A stretch of 64,000 bases of DNA from Eledone cirrhosa. Taxonomy: Eukaryota. The stretch covers positions 36,001 through 100,000 of the forward strand of contig CAXHJY010001431.1 of assembly GCA_964016885.1 (NCBI GenBank), read 5' to 3'. Below, piece after piece: positions 1 through 11,934 of this stretch. Below the pieces are notes generated by a model, which worked only from the letters and a program-made list of their open reading frames with translations, ran no database searches and was not told the origin of the DNA. Each line of letters starts with the position of its first letter. The first letter of the stretch is position 1. The translations under genes and the position numbers were made by a program.

Positions 1-196
1 CTTCGAAGCACACCATTCGCTGGTGGACTTCAGCTTCCTCATTTAGCATGGGCAGCTTTTCTTGAAAATCACACCACACACAGCAAATGTGTGTCTGCAC
101 ATGGACCAGTAATTACAGATCGATCCGACCATAGGCGGCCGGCTCACGATCGAAAAGGTAACTCCGCCGGCAAATTCGCATTTTTGTGATTCGTTT
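1..196 (+). repeat. Representative 196-bp monomer (phase arbitrary)
   Basis: Direct reading of positions 1-196; the next copy begins at 197. Confidence 0.98.
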
Positions 197-1490
197 CTTC
201 GAAGCACACCATTCGCTGGTGGACTTCAGCTTCCGCATTTAGCATGGGCAGCTTTTCTTGAAAATCACACCACACACAGCAAATGTGTGTCTGCACATGG
301 ACCAGTAATTACAGATCGATCCGACCACGGGCGGCCGGCCCACCATCGAAAAGGTAACTCCGCCGGCAAATTCGCATTTTTGTGATTCGTTTCTTCGAAG
401 CACACCATTCGCTGGTGGACTTCAGCTTCCGCATTTAGCATGGGCAACTTTTCTTGAAAATCACACCACACACAGGCAATGAGTGTCTGCACATGTACCA
501 GTAATTACAAATCGATCCGACCACGGGCGGCCGGCCACGATCGAAAAGGTGACTCCGCCGGCAAATTCGCATTTTTGTGATTCGTTTCTTCGAAGCACAC
601 CATTCGCTGGTGGACTTCAGCTTCCGCATTTAGCATGGGCAGCTTTTCTTGAACATCACACCACACACAGCCAATGAGTGTCTGCACATATACCAGTAAT
701 TACAGATCGATCCGACCACGGGCGGCCGGCTCACGATCGAAAAGGTAACTCCGCCGGCAAATTCGCATTTTTGTGATTCGTTTCTTCGAAGCACACCATT
801 CGCTGGTGGACTTCAGCTTCCGCATTTACCATGGGCAACGTTTCGTGAAAATCACACCACACAGAGCAAATGTGTGTCTGCACATGGACCAGTAATTACA
901 GATCGATGCGACCATAGGCGGCCGGCCCACGATCGAAAAGGTAACTCCGCCGGCAAATTCGCATTTTTGTGATTCGTTTCTTCGAAGCACACCATTCGCT
1001 GGTGGACTTCAGCTTCCGCATTTAGCATGGGCAGCTTTTCTTGAAAATCACACCACACACAGTCAATGAGTGTCTGCACATATACCAGTAATTACAGATC
1101 GATCCGACCACAGGCGGCCCGCCCACGATCGAAAAGGTAACTCCGGCGGCAAATTCGCATTTTTGTAATTCGTTTCTTCGAAGCACACCAGTCGCTGGTG
1201 GACTTCAGCTTCCGCATTTAGCATTGGCAGCTTTTCTTGAAAATCACACCACACACAGCAAATGTGTGTCTGCACATGGACCAGTAATTACAGATCGATC
1301 CGACCACGGGCGGCCGGCCCACCATCGAAAAGGTAACTCCGCCGGCAAATTCGCATTTTTGTGATTCGTTTCTTCGAAGCACACCATTCGCTGGTGGACT
1401 TCAGCTTCCGCATTTATCATGGGCAACTTTTCTTGAAAATCACACCACACACAGGCAATGAGTGTCTGCACATGTACCAGTAATTACAGA

Positions 1491-1575
1491 TCGATCCGAC
1501 CACGGGCGGCCGGCCCACGATCGAAAAGGTAACTCGATCCGACCACGGGCGGCCGGCCACGATCGAAAAGGTAAC
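1491..1575 (+). repeat. Internal 43+42-bp tandem duplication (238-bp monomer), copy 1
   Basis: TCGATCCGACCACGGGCGGCCGGCCCACGATCGAAAAGGTAAC followed by TCGATCCGACCACGGGCGGCCGGCCACGATCGAAAAGGTAAC. Confidence 0.96.
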
Positions 1576-4276
1576 TCCGCCGGCAAATTCGCATTTTTGT
1601 GATTCGTTTCTTCGAAGCACACCATTCGCTGGTGGACTTCAGCTTCCGCATTTAGCATGGGCAGCTTTTCTTGAACATCACACCACACACAGCCAATGAG
1701 TGTCTGCACATATACCAGTAATTACAGATCGATCCGACCACGGGCGGCCGGCTCACGATCGAAAAGGTAACTCCGCCGGCAAATTCGCATTTTTGTGATT
1801 CGTTTCTTCGAAGCACACCATTCGCTGGTGGACTTCAGCTTCCTCATTTAGCATGGGCAGCTTTTCTTGAAAATCACACCACACACAGCAAATGTGTGTC
1901 TGCACATGGACCAGTAATTACAGATCGATCCGACCATAGGCGGCCGGCTCACGATCGAAAAGGTAACTCCGCCGGCAAATTCGCATTTTTGTGATTCGTT
2001 TCTTCGAAGCACACCATTCGCTGGTGGACTTCAGCTTCCGCATTTAGCATGGGCAGCTTTTCTTGAAAATCACACCACACACAGCAAATGTGTGTCTGCA
2101 CATGGACCAGTAATTACAGATCGATCCGACCACGGGCGGCCGGCCCACCATCGAAAAGGTAACTCCGCCGGCAAATTCGCATTTTTGTGATTCGTTTCTT
2201 CGAAGCACACCATTCGCTGGTGGACTTCAGCTTCCGCATTTAGCATGGGCAACTTTTCTTGAAAATCACACCACACACAGGCAATGAGTGTCTGCACATG
2301 TACCAGTAATTACAAATCGATCCGACCACGGGCGGCCGGCCACGATCGAAAAGGTGACTCCGCCGGCAAATTCGCATTTTTGTGATTCGTTTCTTCGAAG
2401 CACACCATTCGCTGGTGGACTTCAGCTTCCGCATTTAGCATGGGCAGCTTTTCTTGAACATCACACCACACACAGCCAATGAGTGTCTGCACATATACCA
2501 GTAATTACAGATCGATCCGACCACGGGCGGCCGGCTCACGATCGAAAAGGTAACTCCGCCGGCAAATTCGCATTTTTGTGATTCGTTTCTTCGAAGCACA
2601 CCATTCGCTGGTGGACTTCAGCTTCCTCATTTAGCATGGGCAGTTTTTCTTGAAAATCACACCACACGCAGCAAATGTGTGTCTGCACATGGACCAGTAA
2701 TTACAGATCGATGGGACCATAGGCGGCCGGCCCACGATCGAAAAGGTAACTCCGCCGGCAAATTCGCATTTTTGTGATTCGTTTCTTCGAAGCACACCAT
2801 TCGCTGGTGGACTTCAGCCTCCGCATTTAGCATGGGCAGCTTTTCTTGAAAATCACACCACACACAGCAAATGTGTATCTGCACATGGACCAGTAATTAC
2901 AGATCGATCCGACCACGGGCGGCCGGCCCACCATCGAAAAGGTAACTCCGCCGGCAAATTCGCATTTTTGTGATTCGTTTCTTCGAAGCACACCATTCGC
3001 TGGTGGACTTCAGCTTCCGCATTTAGCATGGGCAGCTTTTCTTGAACATCACACCACACACAGCCAATGAGTGTCTGCACATATACCAGTAATTACAGAT
3101 CGATCCGACCACGGGCGGCCGGCTCACGATCGAAAAGGTAACTCCGCCGGCAAATTCGCATTTTTGTGATTCGTTTCTTCGAAGCACACCATTCGCTGGT
3201 GGACTTCAGCTTCCTCATTTAGCATGGGCAGCTTTTCTTGAAAATCACACCACACACAGCCAATGAGTGTCTGCACATATACCAGTAATTACAGATCGAT
3301 CCGACCACAGGCGGCCGGCCCACGATCGAAAAGGTAACTCCGCCGGCAAATTCGCATTTTTGTGATTCGTTTCTTCGAAGCACACCATTCGTGGGTAGAC
3401 TTCAGCTTCCGCATTTAGCATGGGCAGCTTTTCTTTAAAATCACACCACACACAGCAAATGTGTGTCTGCACATGGACCAGTAATTACAGATCGATCCGA
3501 CCATAGGCGGCCGGCCCACGATCGAAAACGTAACTCCGCCAGCAAATTCGCATTTTTGTGATTCGTTTCTTCGAAGCACACCATTCGCTGGTGGACTTCA
3601 GCTTCCGCATTTAGCATGGGCAACGTTTCGTGAAAATCACACCACACAGAGCAAATGTGTGTCTGCACATGGACCAGTAATTACAAATCGATCCGACCAC
3701 GGGCGGCCGGCCCACGATCGAAAAGGTAACTCCGCCGGCAAATTCGCATTTTTGTGATTCGTTTTCTTCGAAGCACACCATTCGCTGCCGGACTTCAGCT
3801 TCCTCATTTAGCATGGGCAGCTTTTCTTGAAAATCACACCACACACAGTCAATGAGTGTCTGCACATATACCAGTAATTACAGATCGATCCGACCACAGG
3901 CGGCCCGCCCACGATCGAAAAGGTAACTCCGGCGGCAAATTCGCATTTTTGTAATTCGTTTCTTCGAAGCACACCATTCGCTGGTGGACTTCAGCTTCCG
4001 CATTTAGCATGGGCAGCTTTTCTTGAAAATCACACCACACACAGCAAATGTGTGTCTGCACATGGACCAGTAATTACAGATCGATCCGACCACGGGCGGC
4101 CGGCCCACCATCGAAAAGGTAACTCCGCCGGCAAATTCGCATTTTTGTGATTCGTTTCTTCGAAGCACACCATTCGCTGGTGGACTTCAGCTTCCGCATT
4201 TATCATGGGCAACTTTTCTTGAAAATCACACCACACACAGGCAATGAGTGTCTGCACATGTACCAGTAATTACAGA

Positions 4277-4361
4277 TCGATCCGACCACGGGCGGCCGGC
4301 CCACGATCGAAAAGGTAACTCGATCCGACCACGGGCGGCCGGCCACGATCGAAAAGGTAAC
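4277..4361 (+). repeat. Internal 43+42-bp duplication, copy 2
   Basis: Same GGTAACTCGATCC junction. Confidence 0.95.
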
Positions 4362-7062
4362 TCCGCCGGCAAATTCGCATTTTTGTGATTCGTTTCTTCG
4401 AAGCACACCATTCGCTGGTGGACTTCAGCTTCCGCATTTAGCATGGGCAGCTTTTCTTGAACATCACACCACACACAGCCAATGAGTGTCTGCACATATA
4501 CCAGTAATTACAGATCGATCCGACCACGGGCGGCCGGCTCACGATCGAAAAGGTAACTCCGCCGGCAAATTCGCATTTTTGTGATTCGTTTCTTCGAAGC
4601 ACACCATTCGCTGGTGGACTTCAGCTTCCTCATTTAGCATGGGCAGCTTTTCTTGAAAATCACACCACACACAGCAAATGTGTGTCTGCACATGGACCAG
4701 TAATTACAGATCGATCCGACCATAGGCGGCCGGCTCACGATCGAAAAGGTAACTCCGCCGGCAAATTCGCATTTTTGTGATTCGTTTCTTCGAAGCACAC
4801 CATTCGCTGGTGGACTTCAGCTTCCGCATTTAGCATGGGCAGCTTTTCTTGAAAATCACACCACACACAGCAAATGTGTGTCTGCACATGGACCAGTAAT
4901 TACAGATCGATCCGACCACGGGCGGCCGGCCCACCATCGAAAAGGTAACTCCGCCGGCAAATTCGCATTTTTGTGATTCGTTTCTTCGAAGCACACCATT
5001 CGCTGGTGGACTTCAGCTTCCGCATTTAGCATGGGCAACTTTTCTTGAAAATCACACCACACACAGGCAATGAGTGTCTGCACATGTACCAGTAATTACA
5101 AATCGATCCGACCACGGGCGGCCGGCCACGATCGAAAAGGTGACTCCGCCGGCAAATTCGCATTTTTGTGATTCGTTTCTTCGAAGCACACCATTCGCTG
5201 GTGGACTTCAGCTTCCGCATTTAGCATGGGCAGCTTTTCTTGAACATCACACCACACACAGCCAATGAGTGTCTGCACATATACCAGTAATTACAGATCG
5301 ATCCGACCACGGGCGGCCGGCTCACGATCGAAAAGGTAACTCCGCCGGCAAATTCGCATTTTTGTGATTCGTTTCTTCGAAGCACACCATTCGCTGGTGG
5401 ACTTCAGCTTCCTCATTTAGCATGGGCAGTTTTTCTTGAAAATCACACCACACGCAGCAAATGTGTGTCTGCACATGGACCAGTAATTACAGATCGATGC
5501 GACCATAGGCGGCCGGCCCACGATCGAAAAGGTAACTCCGCCGGCAAATTCGCATTTTTGTGATTCGTTTCTTCGAAGCACACCATTCGCTGGTGGACTT
5601 CAGCCTCCGCATTTAGCATGGGCAGCTTTTCTTGAAAATCACACCACACACAGCAAATGTGTATCTGCACATGGACCAGTAATTACAGATCGATCCGACC
5701 ACGGGCGGCCGGCCCACCATCGAAAAGGTAACTCCGCCGGCAAATTCGCATTTTTGTGATTCGTTTCTTCGAAGCACACCATTCGCTGGTGGACTTCAGC
5801 TTCCGCATTTAGCATGGGCAGCTTTTCTTGAACATCACACCACACACAGCCAATGAGTGTCTGCACATATACCAGTAATTACAGATCGATCCGACCACGG
5901 GCGGCCGGCTCACGATCGAAAAGGTAACTCCGCCGGCAAATTCGCATTTTTGTGATTCGTTTCTTCGAAGCACACCATTCGCTGGTGGACTTCAGCTTCC
6001 TCATTTAGCATGGGCAGCTTTTCTTGAAAATCACACCACACACAGCCAATGAGTGTCTGCACATATACCAGTAATTACAGATCGATCCGACCACAGGCGG
6101 CCGGCCCACGATCGAAAAGGTAACTCCGCCGGCAAATTCGCATTTTTGTGATTCGTTTCTTCGAAGCACACCATTCGTGGGTAGACTTCAGCTTCCGCAT
6201 TTAGCATGGGCAGCTTTTCTTTAAAATCACACCACACACAGCAAATGTGTGTCTGCACATGGACCAGTAATTACAGATCGATCCGACCATAGGCGGCCGG
6301 CCCACGATCGAAAACGTAACTCCGCCAGCAAATTCGCATTTTTGTGATTCGTTTCTTCGAAGCACACCATTCGCTGGTGGACTTCAGCTTCCGCATTTAG
6401 CATGGGCAACGTTTCGTGAAAATCACACCACACAGAGCAAATGTGTGTCTGCACATGGACCAGTAATTACAAATCGATCCGACCACGGGCGGCCGGCCCA
6501 CGATCGAAAAGGTAACTCCGCCGGCAAATTCGCATTTTTGTGATTCGTTTTCTTCGAAGCACACCATTCGCCGCCGGACTTCAGCTTCCTCATTTAGCAT
6601 GGGCAGCTTTTCTTGAAAATCACACCACACACAGTCAATGAGTGTCTGCACATATACCAGTAATTACAGATCGATCCGACCACAGGCGGCCCGCCCACAA
6701 TCGAAAAGGTAACTCCGGCGGCAAATTCGCATTTTTGTAATTCGTTTCTTCGAAGCACACCATTCGCTGGTGGACTTCAGCTTCCGCATTTAGCATGGGC
6801 AGCTTTTCTTGAAAATCACACCACACACAGCAAATGTGTGTCTGCACATGGACCAGTAATTACAGATCGATCCGACCACGGGCGGCCGGCCCACCATCGA
6901 AAAGGTAACTCCGCCGGCAAATTCGCATTTTTGTGATTCGTTTCTTCGAAGCACACCATTCGCTGGTGGACTTCAGCTTCCGCATTTATCATGGGCAACT
7001 TTTCTTGAAAATCACACCACACACAGGCAATGAGTGTCTGCACATGTACCAGTAATTACAGA

Positions 7063-7147
7063 TCGATCCGACCACGGGCGGCCGGCCCACGATCGAAAAG
7101 GTAACTCGATCCGACCACGGGCGGCCGGCCACGATCGAAAAGGTAAC
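7063..7147 (+). repeat. Internal 43+42-bp duplication, copy 3
   Basis: Same GGTAACTCGATCC junction. Confidence 0.95.
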
Positions 7148-9259
7148 TCCGCCGGCAAATTCGCATTTTTGTGATTCGTTTCTTCGAAGCACACCATTCG
7201 CTGGTGGACTTCAGCTTCCGCATTTAGCATGGGCAGCTTTTCTTGAACATCACACCACACACAGCCAATGAGTGTCTGCACATATACCAGTAATTACAGA
7301 TCGATCCGACCACGGGCGGCCGGCTCACGATCGAAAAGGTAACTCCGCCGGCAAATTCGCATTTTTGTGATTCGTTTCTTCGAAGCACACCATTCGCTGG
7401 TGGACTTCAGCTTCCTCATTTAGCATGGGCAGCTTTTCTTGAAAATCACACCACACACAGCAAATGTGTGTCTGCACATGGACCAGTAATTACAGATCGA
7501 TCCGACCATAGGCGGCCGGCTCACGATCGAAAAGGTAACTCCGCCGGCAAATTCGCATTTTTGTGATTCGTTTCTTCGAAGCACACCATTCGCTGGTGGA
7601 CTTCAGCTTCCGCATTTAGCATGGGCAGCTTTTCTTGAAAATCACACCACACACAGCAAATGTGTGTCTGCACATGGACCAGTAATTACAGATCGATCCG
7701 ACCACGGGCGGCCGGCCCACCATCGAAAAGGTAACTCCGCCGGCAAATTCGCATTTTTGTGATTCGTTTCTTCGAAGCACACCATTCGCTGGTGGACTTC
7801 AGCTTCCGCATTTAGCATGGGCAACTTTTCTTGAAAATCACACCACACACAGGCAATGAGTGTCTGCACATGTACCAGTAATTACAAATCGATCCGACCA
7901 CGGGCGGCCGGCCACGATCGAAAAGGTGACTCCGCCGGCAAATTCGCATTTTTGTGATTCGTTTCTTCGAAGCACACCATTCGCTGGTGGACTTCAGCTT
8001 CCGCATTTAGCATGGGCAGCTTTTCTTGAACATCACACCACACACAGCCAATGAGTGTCTGCACATATACCAGTAATTACAGATCGATCCGACCACGGGC
8101 GGCCGGCTCACGATCGAAAAGGTAACTCCGCCGGCAAATTCGCATTTTTGTGATTCGTTTCTTCGAAGCACACCATTCGCTGGTGGACTTCAGCTTCCTC
8201 ATTTAGCATGGGCAGTTTTTCTTGAAAATCACACCACACGCAGCAAATGTGTGTCTGCACATGGACCAGTAATTACAGATCGATGCGACCATAGGCGGCC
8301 GGCCCACGATCGAAAAGGTAACTCCGCCGGCAAATTCGCATTTTTGTGATTCGTTTCTTCGAAGCACACCATTCGCTGGTGGACTTCAGCCTCCGCATTT
8401 AGCATGGGCAGCTTTTCTTGAAAATCACACCACACACAGCAAATGTGTGTCTGCACATGGACCAGTAATTACAGATCGATCCGACCACGGGCGGCCGGCC
8501 CACCATCGAAAAGGTAACTCCGCCGGTAAATTCGCATTTTTGTGATTCGTTTCTTCGAAGCACACCATTCGCTGGTGGACTTCAGCTTCCGCATTTAGCA
8601 TGGGCAGCTTTTCTTGAACATCACACCACACACAGCCAATGAGTGTCTGCACATATACCAGTAATTACAGATCGATCCGACCACGGGCGGCCGGCTCACG
8701 ATCGAAAAGGTAACTCCGCCGGCAAATTCGCATTTTTGTGATTCGTTTCTTCGAAGCACACCATTCGCTGGTGGACTTCAGCTTCCTCATTTAGCATGGG
8801 CAGCTTTTCTTGAAAATCACACCACACACAGTCAATGAGTGTCTGCACATATACCAGTAATTACAGATCGATCCGACCACAGGCGGCCCGCCCACGATCG
8901 AAAAGGTAACTCCGGCGGCAAATTCGCATTTTTGTAATTCGTTTCTTCGAAGCACACCATTCGCTGGTGGACTTCAGCTTCCGCATTTAGCATGGGCAGC
9001 TTTTCTTGAAAATCACACCACACACAGCAAATGTGTGTCTGCACATGGACCAGTAATTACAGATCGATCCGACCACGGGCGGCCGGCCCACCATCGAAAA
9101 GGTAACTCCGCCGGCAAATTCGCATTTTTGTGATTCGTTTCTTCGAAGCACACCATTCGCTGGTGGACTTCAGCTTCCGCATTTATCATGGGCAACTTTT
9201 CTTGAAAATCACACCACACACAGGCAATGAGTGTCTGCACATGTACCAGTAATTACAGA

Positions 9260-9344
9260 TCGATCCGACCACGGGCGGCCGGCCCACGATCGAAAAGGTA
9301 ACTCGATCCGACCACGGGCGGCCGGCCACGATCGAAAAGGTAAC
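9260..9344 (+). repeat. Internal 43+42-bp duplication, copy 4
   Basis: Same GGTAACTCGATCC junction. Confidence 0.95.
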
Positions 9345-11849
9345 TCCGCCGGCAAATTCGCATTTTTGTGATTCGTTTCTTCGAAGCACACCATTCGCTG
9401 GTGGACTTCAGCTTCCGCATTTAGCATGGGCAGCTTTTCTTGAACATCACACCACACACAGCCAATGAGTGTCTGCACATATACCAGTAATTACAGATCG
9501 ATCCGACCACGGGCGGCCGGCTCACGATCGAAAAGGTAACTCCGCCGGCAAATTCGCATTTTTGTGATTCGTTTCTTCGAAGCACACCATTCGCTGGTGG
9601 ACTTCAGCTTCCTCATTTAGCATGGGCAGCTTTTCTTGAAAATCACACCACACACAGCAAATGTGTGTCTGCACATGGACCAGTAATTACAGATCGATCC
9701 GACCATAGGCGGCCGGCTCACGATCGAAAAGGTAACTCCGCCGGCAAATTCGCATTTTTGTGATTCGTTTCTTCGAAGCACACCATTCGCTGGTGGACTT
9801 CAGCTTCCGCATTTAGCATGGGCAGCTTTTCTTGAAAATCACACCACACACAGCAAATGTGTGTCTGCACATGGACCAGTAATTACAGATCGATCCGACC
9901 ACGGGCGGCCGGCCCACCATCGAAAAGGTAACTCCGCCGGCAAATTCGCATTTTTGTGATTCGTTTCTTCGAAGCACACCATTCGCTGGTGGACTTCAGC
10001 TTCCGCATTTAGCATGGGCAACTTTTCTTGAAAATCACACCACACACAGGCAATGAGTGTCTGCACATGTACCAGTAATTACAAATCGATCCGACCACGG
10101 GCGGCCGGCCACGATCGAAAAGGTGACTCCGCCGGCAAATTCGCATTTTTGTGATTCGTTTCTTCGAAGCACACCATTCGCTGGTGGACTTCAGCTTCCG
10201 CATTTAGCATGGGCAGCTTTTCTTGAACATCACACCACACACAGCCAATGAGTGTCTGCACATATACCAGTAATTACAGATCGATCCGACCACGGGCGGC
10301 CGGCTCACGATCGAAAAGGTAACTCCGCCGGCAAATTCGCATTTTTGTGATTCGTTTCTTCGAAGCACACCATTCGCTGGTGGACTTCAGCTTCCTCATT
10401 TAGCATGGGCAGTTTTTCTTGAAAATCACACCACACGCAGCAAATGTGTGTCTGCACATGGACCAGTAATTACAGATCGATGCGACCATAGGCGGCCGGC
10501 CCACGATCGAAAAGGTAACTCCGCCGGCAAATTCGCATTTTTGTGATTCGTTTCTTCGAAGCACACCATTCGCTGGTGGACTTCAGCCTCCGCATTTAGC
10601 ATGGGCAGCTTTTCTTGAAAATCACACCACACACAGCAAATGTGTGTCTGCACATGGACCAGTAATTACAGATCGATCCGACCACGGGCGGCCGGCCCAC
10701 CATCGAAAAGGTAACTCCGCCGGCAAATTCGCATTTTTGTGATTCGTTTCTTCGAAGCACACCATTCGCTGGTGGACTTCAGCTTCCGCATTTAGCATGG
10801 GCAGCTTTTCTTGAACATCACACCACACACAGCCAATGAGTGTCTGCACATATACCAGTAATTACAGATCGATCCGACCACGGGCGGCCGGCTCACGATC
10901 GAAAAGGTAACTCCGCCGGCAAATTCGCATTTTTGTGATTCGTTTCTTCGAAGCACACCATTCGCTGGTGGACTTCAGCTTCCTCATTTAGCATGGGCAG
11001 CTTTTCTTGAAAATCACACCACACACAGCCAATGTGTGTCTGCACATGGACCAGTAATTACAGATCGATCCGACCATAGGCGGCCGGCCCACGATCGAAA
11101 ACGTAACTCCGCCAGCAAATTCGCATTTTTGTGATTCGTTTCTTCGAAGCACACCATTCGCTGGTGGACTTCAGCTTCCGCATTTAGCATGGGCAACGTT
11201 TCGTGAAAATCACACCACACAGAGCAAATGTGTGTCTGCACATGGACCAGTAATTACAAATCGATCCGACCACGGGCGGCCGGCCCACGATCGAAAAGGT
11301 AACTCCGCCGGCAAATTCGCATTTTTGTGATTCGTTTTCTTCGAAGCACACCATTCGCCGCCGGACTTCAGCTTCCTCATTTAGCATGGGCAGCTTTTCT
11401 TGAAAATCACACCACACACAGTCAATGAGTGTCTGCACATATACCAGTAATTACAGATCGATCCGACCACAGGCGGCCCGCCCACGATCGAAAAGGTAAC
11501 TCCGGCGGCAAATTCGCATTTTTGTAATTCGTTTCTTCGAAGCACACCATTCGCTGGTGGACTTCAGCTTCCGCATTTAGCATGGGCAGCTTTTCTTGAA
11601 AATCACACCACACACAGCAAATGTGTGTCTGCACATGGACCAGTAATTACAGATCGATCCGACCACGGGCGGCCGGCCCACCATCGAAAAGGTAACTCCG
11701 CCGGCAAATTCGCATTTTTGTGATTCGTTTCTTCGAAGCACACCATTCGCTGGTGGACTTCAGCTTCCGCATTTATCATGGGCAACTTTTCTTGAAAATC
11801 ACACCACACACAGGCAATGAGTGTCTGCACATGTACCAGTAATTACAGA

Positions 11850-11934
11850 TCGATCCGACCACGGGCGGCCGGCCCACGATCGAAAAGGTAACTCGATCCG
11901 ACCACGGGCGGCCGGCCACGATCGAAAAGGTAAC
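11850..11934 (+). repeat. Internal 43+42-bp duplication, copy 5
   Basis: Same GGTAACTCGATCC junction. Confidence 0.95.

Noticed and set aside
1-196. Trypanosoma cruzi 195-bp satellite (similar length)
   Set aside because: Diagnostic sequences as I recall them (GAGCTCTTGCCCACACGGGTGCT; CCTCCAAGCAGCGGATAGTTCAGG) are absent on both strands.
1-196. Tandem 5S rRNA, tRNA, spliced-leader or snRNA gene array
   Set aside because: I recognised no 5S sequence, cloverleaf or known spliced-leader exon, and there is no conserved-gene/variable-spacer partition. An Rfam search would be the final test.
185-235. Satellite-encoded hammerhead ribozyme (as in newt or schistosome satellites); the minus strand reads CTGAAGT-C-CACCA-loop-TGGTG...GAAGAAAC
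   Set aside because: The core needs CUGANGA, then stem II, then GAAA immediately. Here it is CUGAAGU and GAAA lies several bases past the stem. The plus-strand CTAATGAG variant also lacks the conserved G.
1440-1709. The 42-bp duplication keeps the minus-strand ORF in frame (75 to 89 aa), suggesting coding constraint
   Set aside because: It is a single event with about a one-in-three chance of being in frame, and frameshifting 195- and 197-bp monomers are more common in the array.
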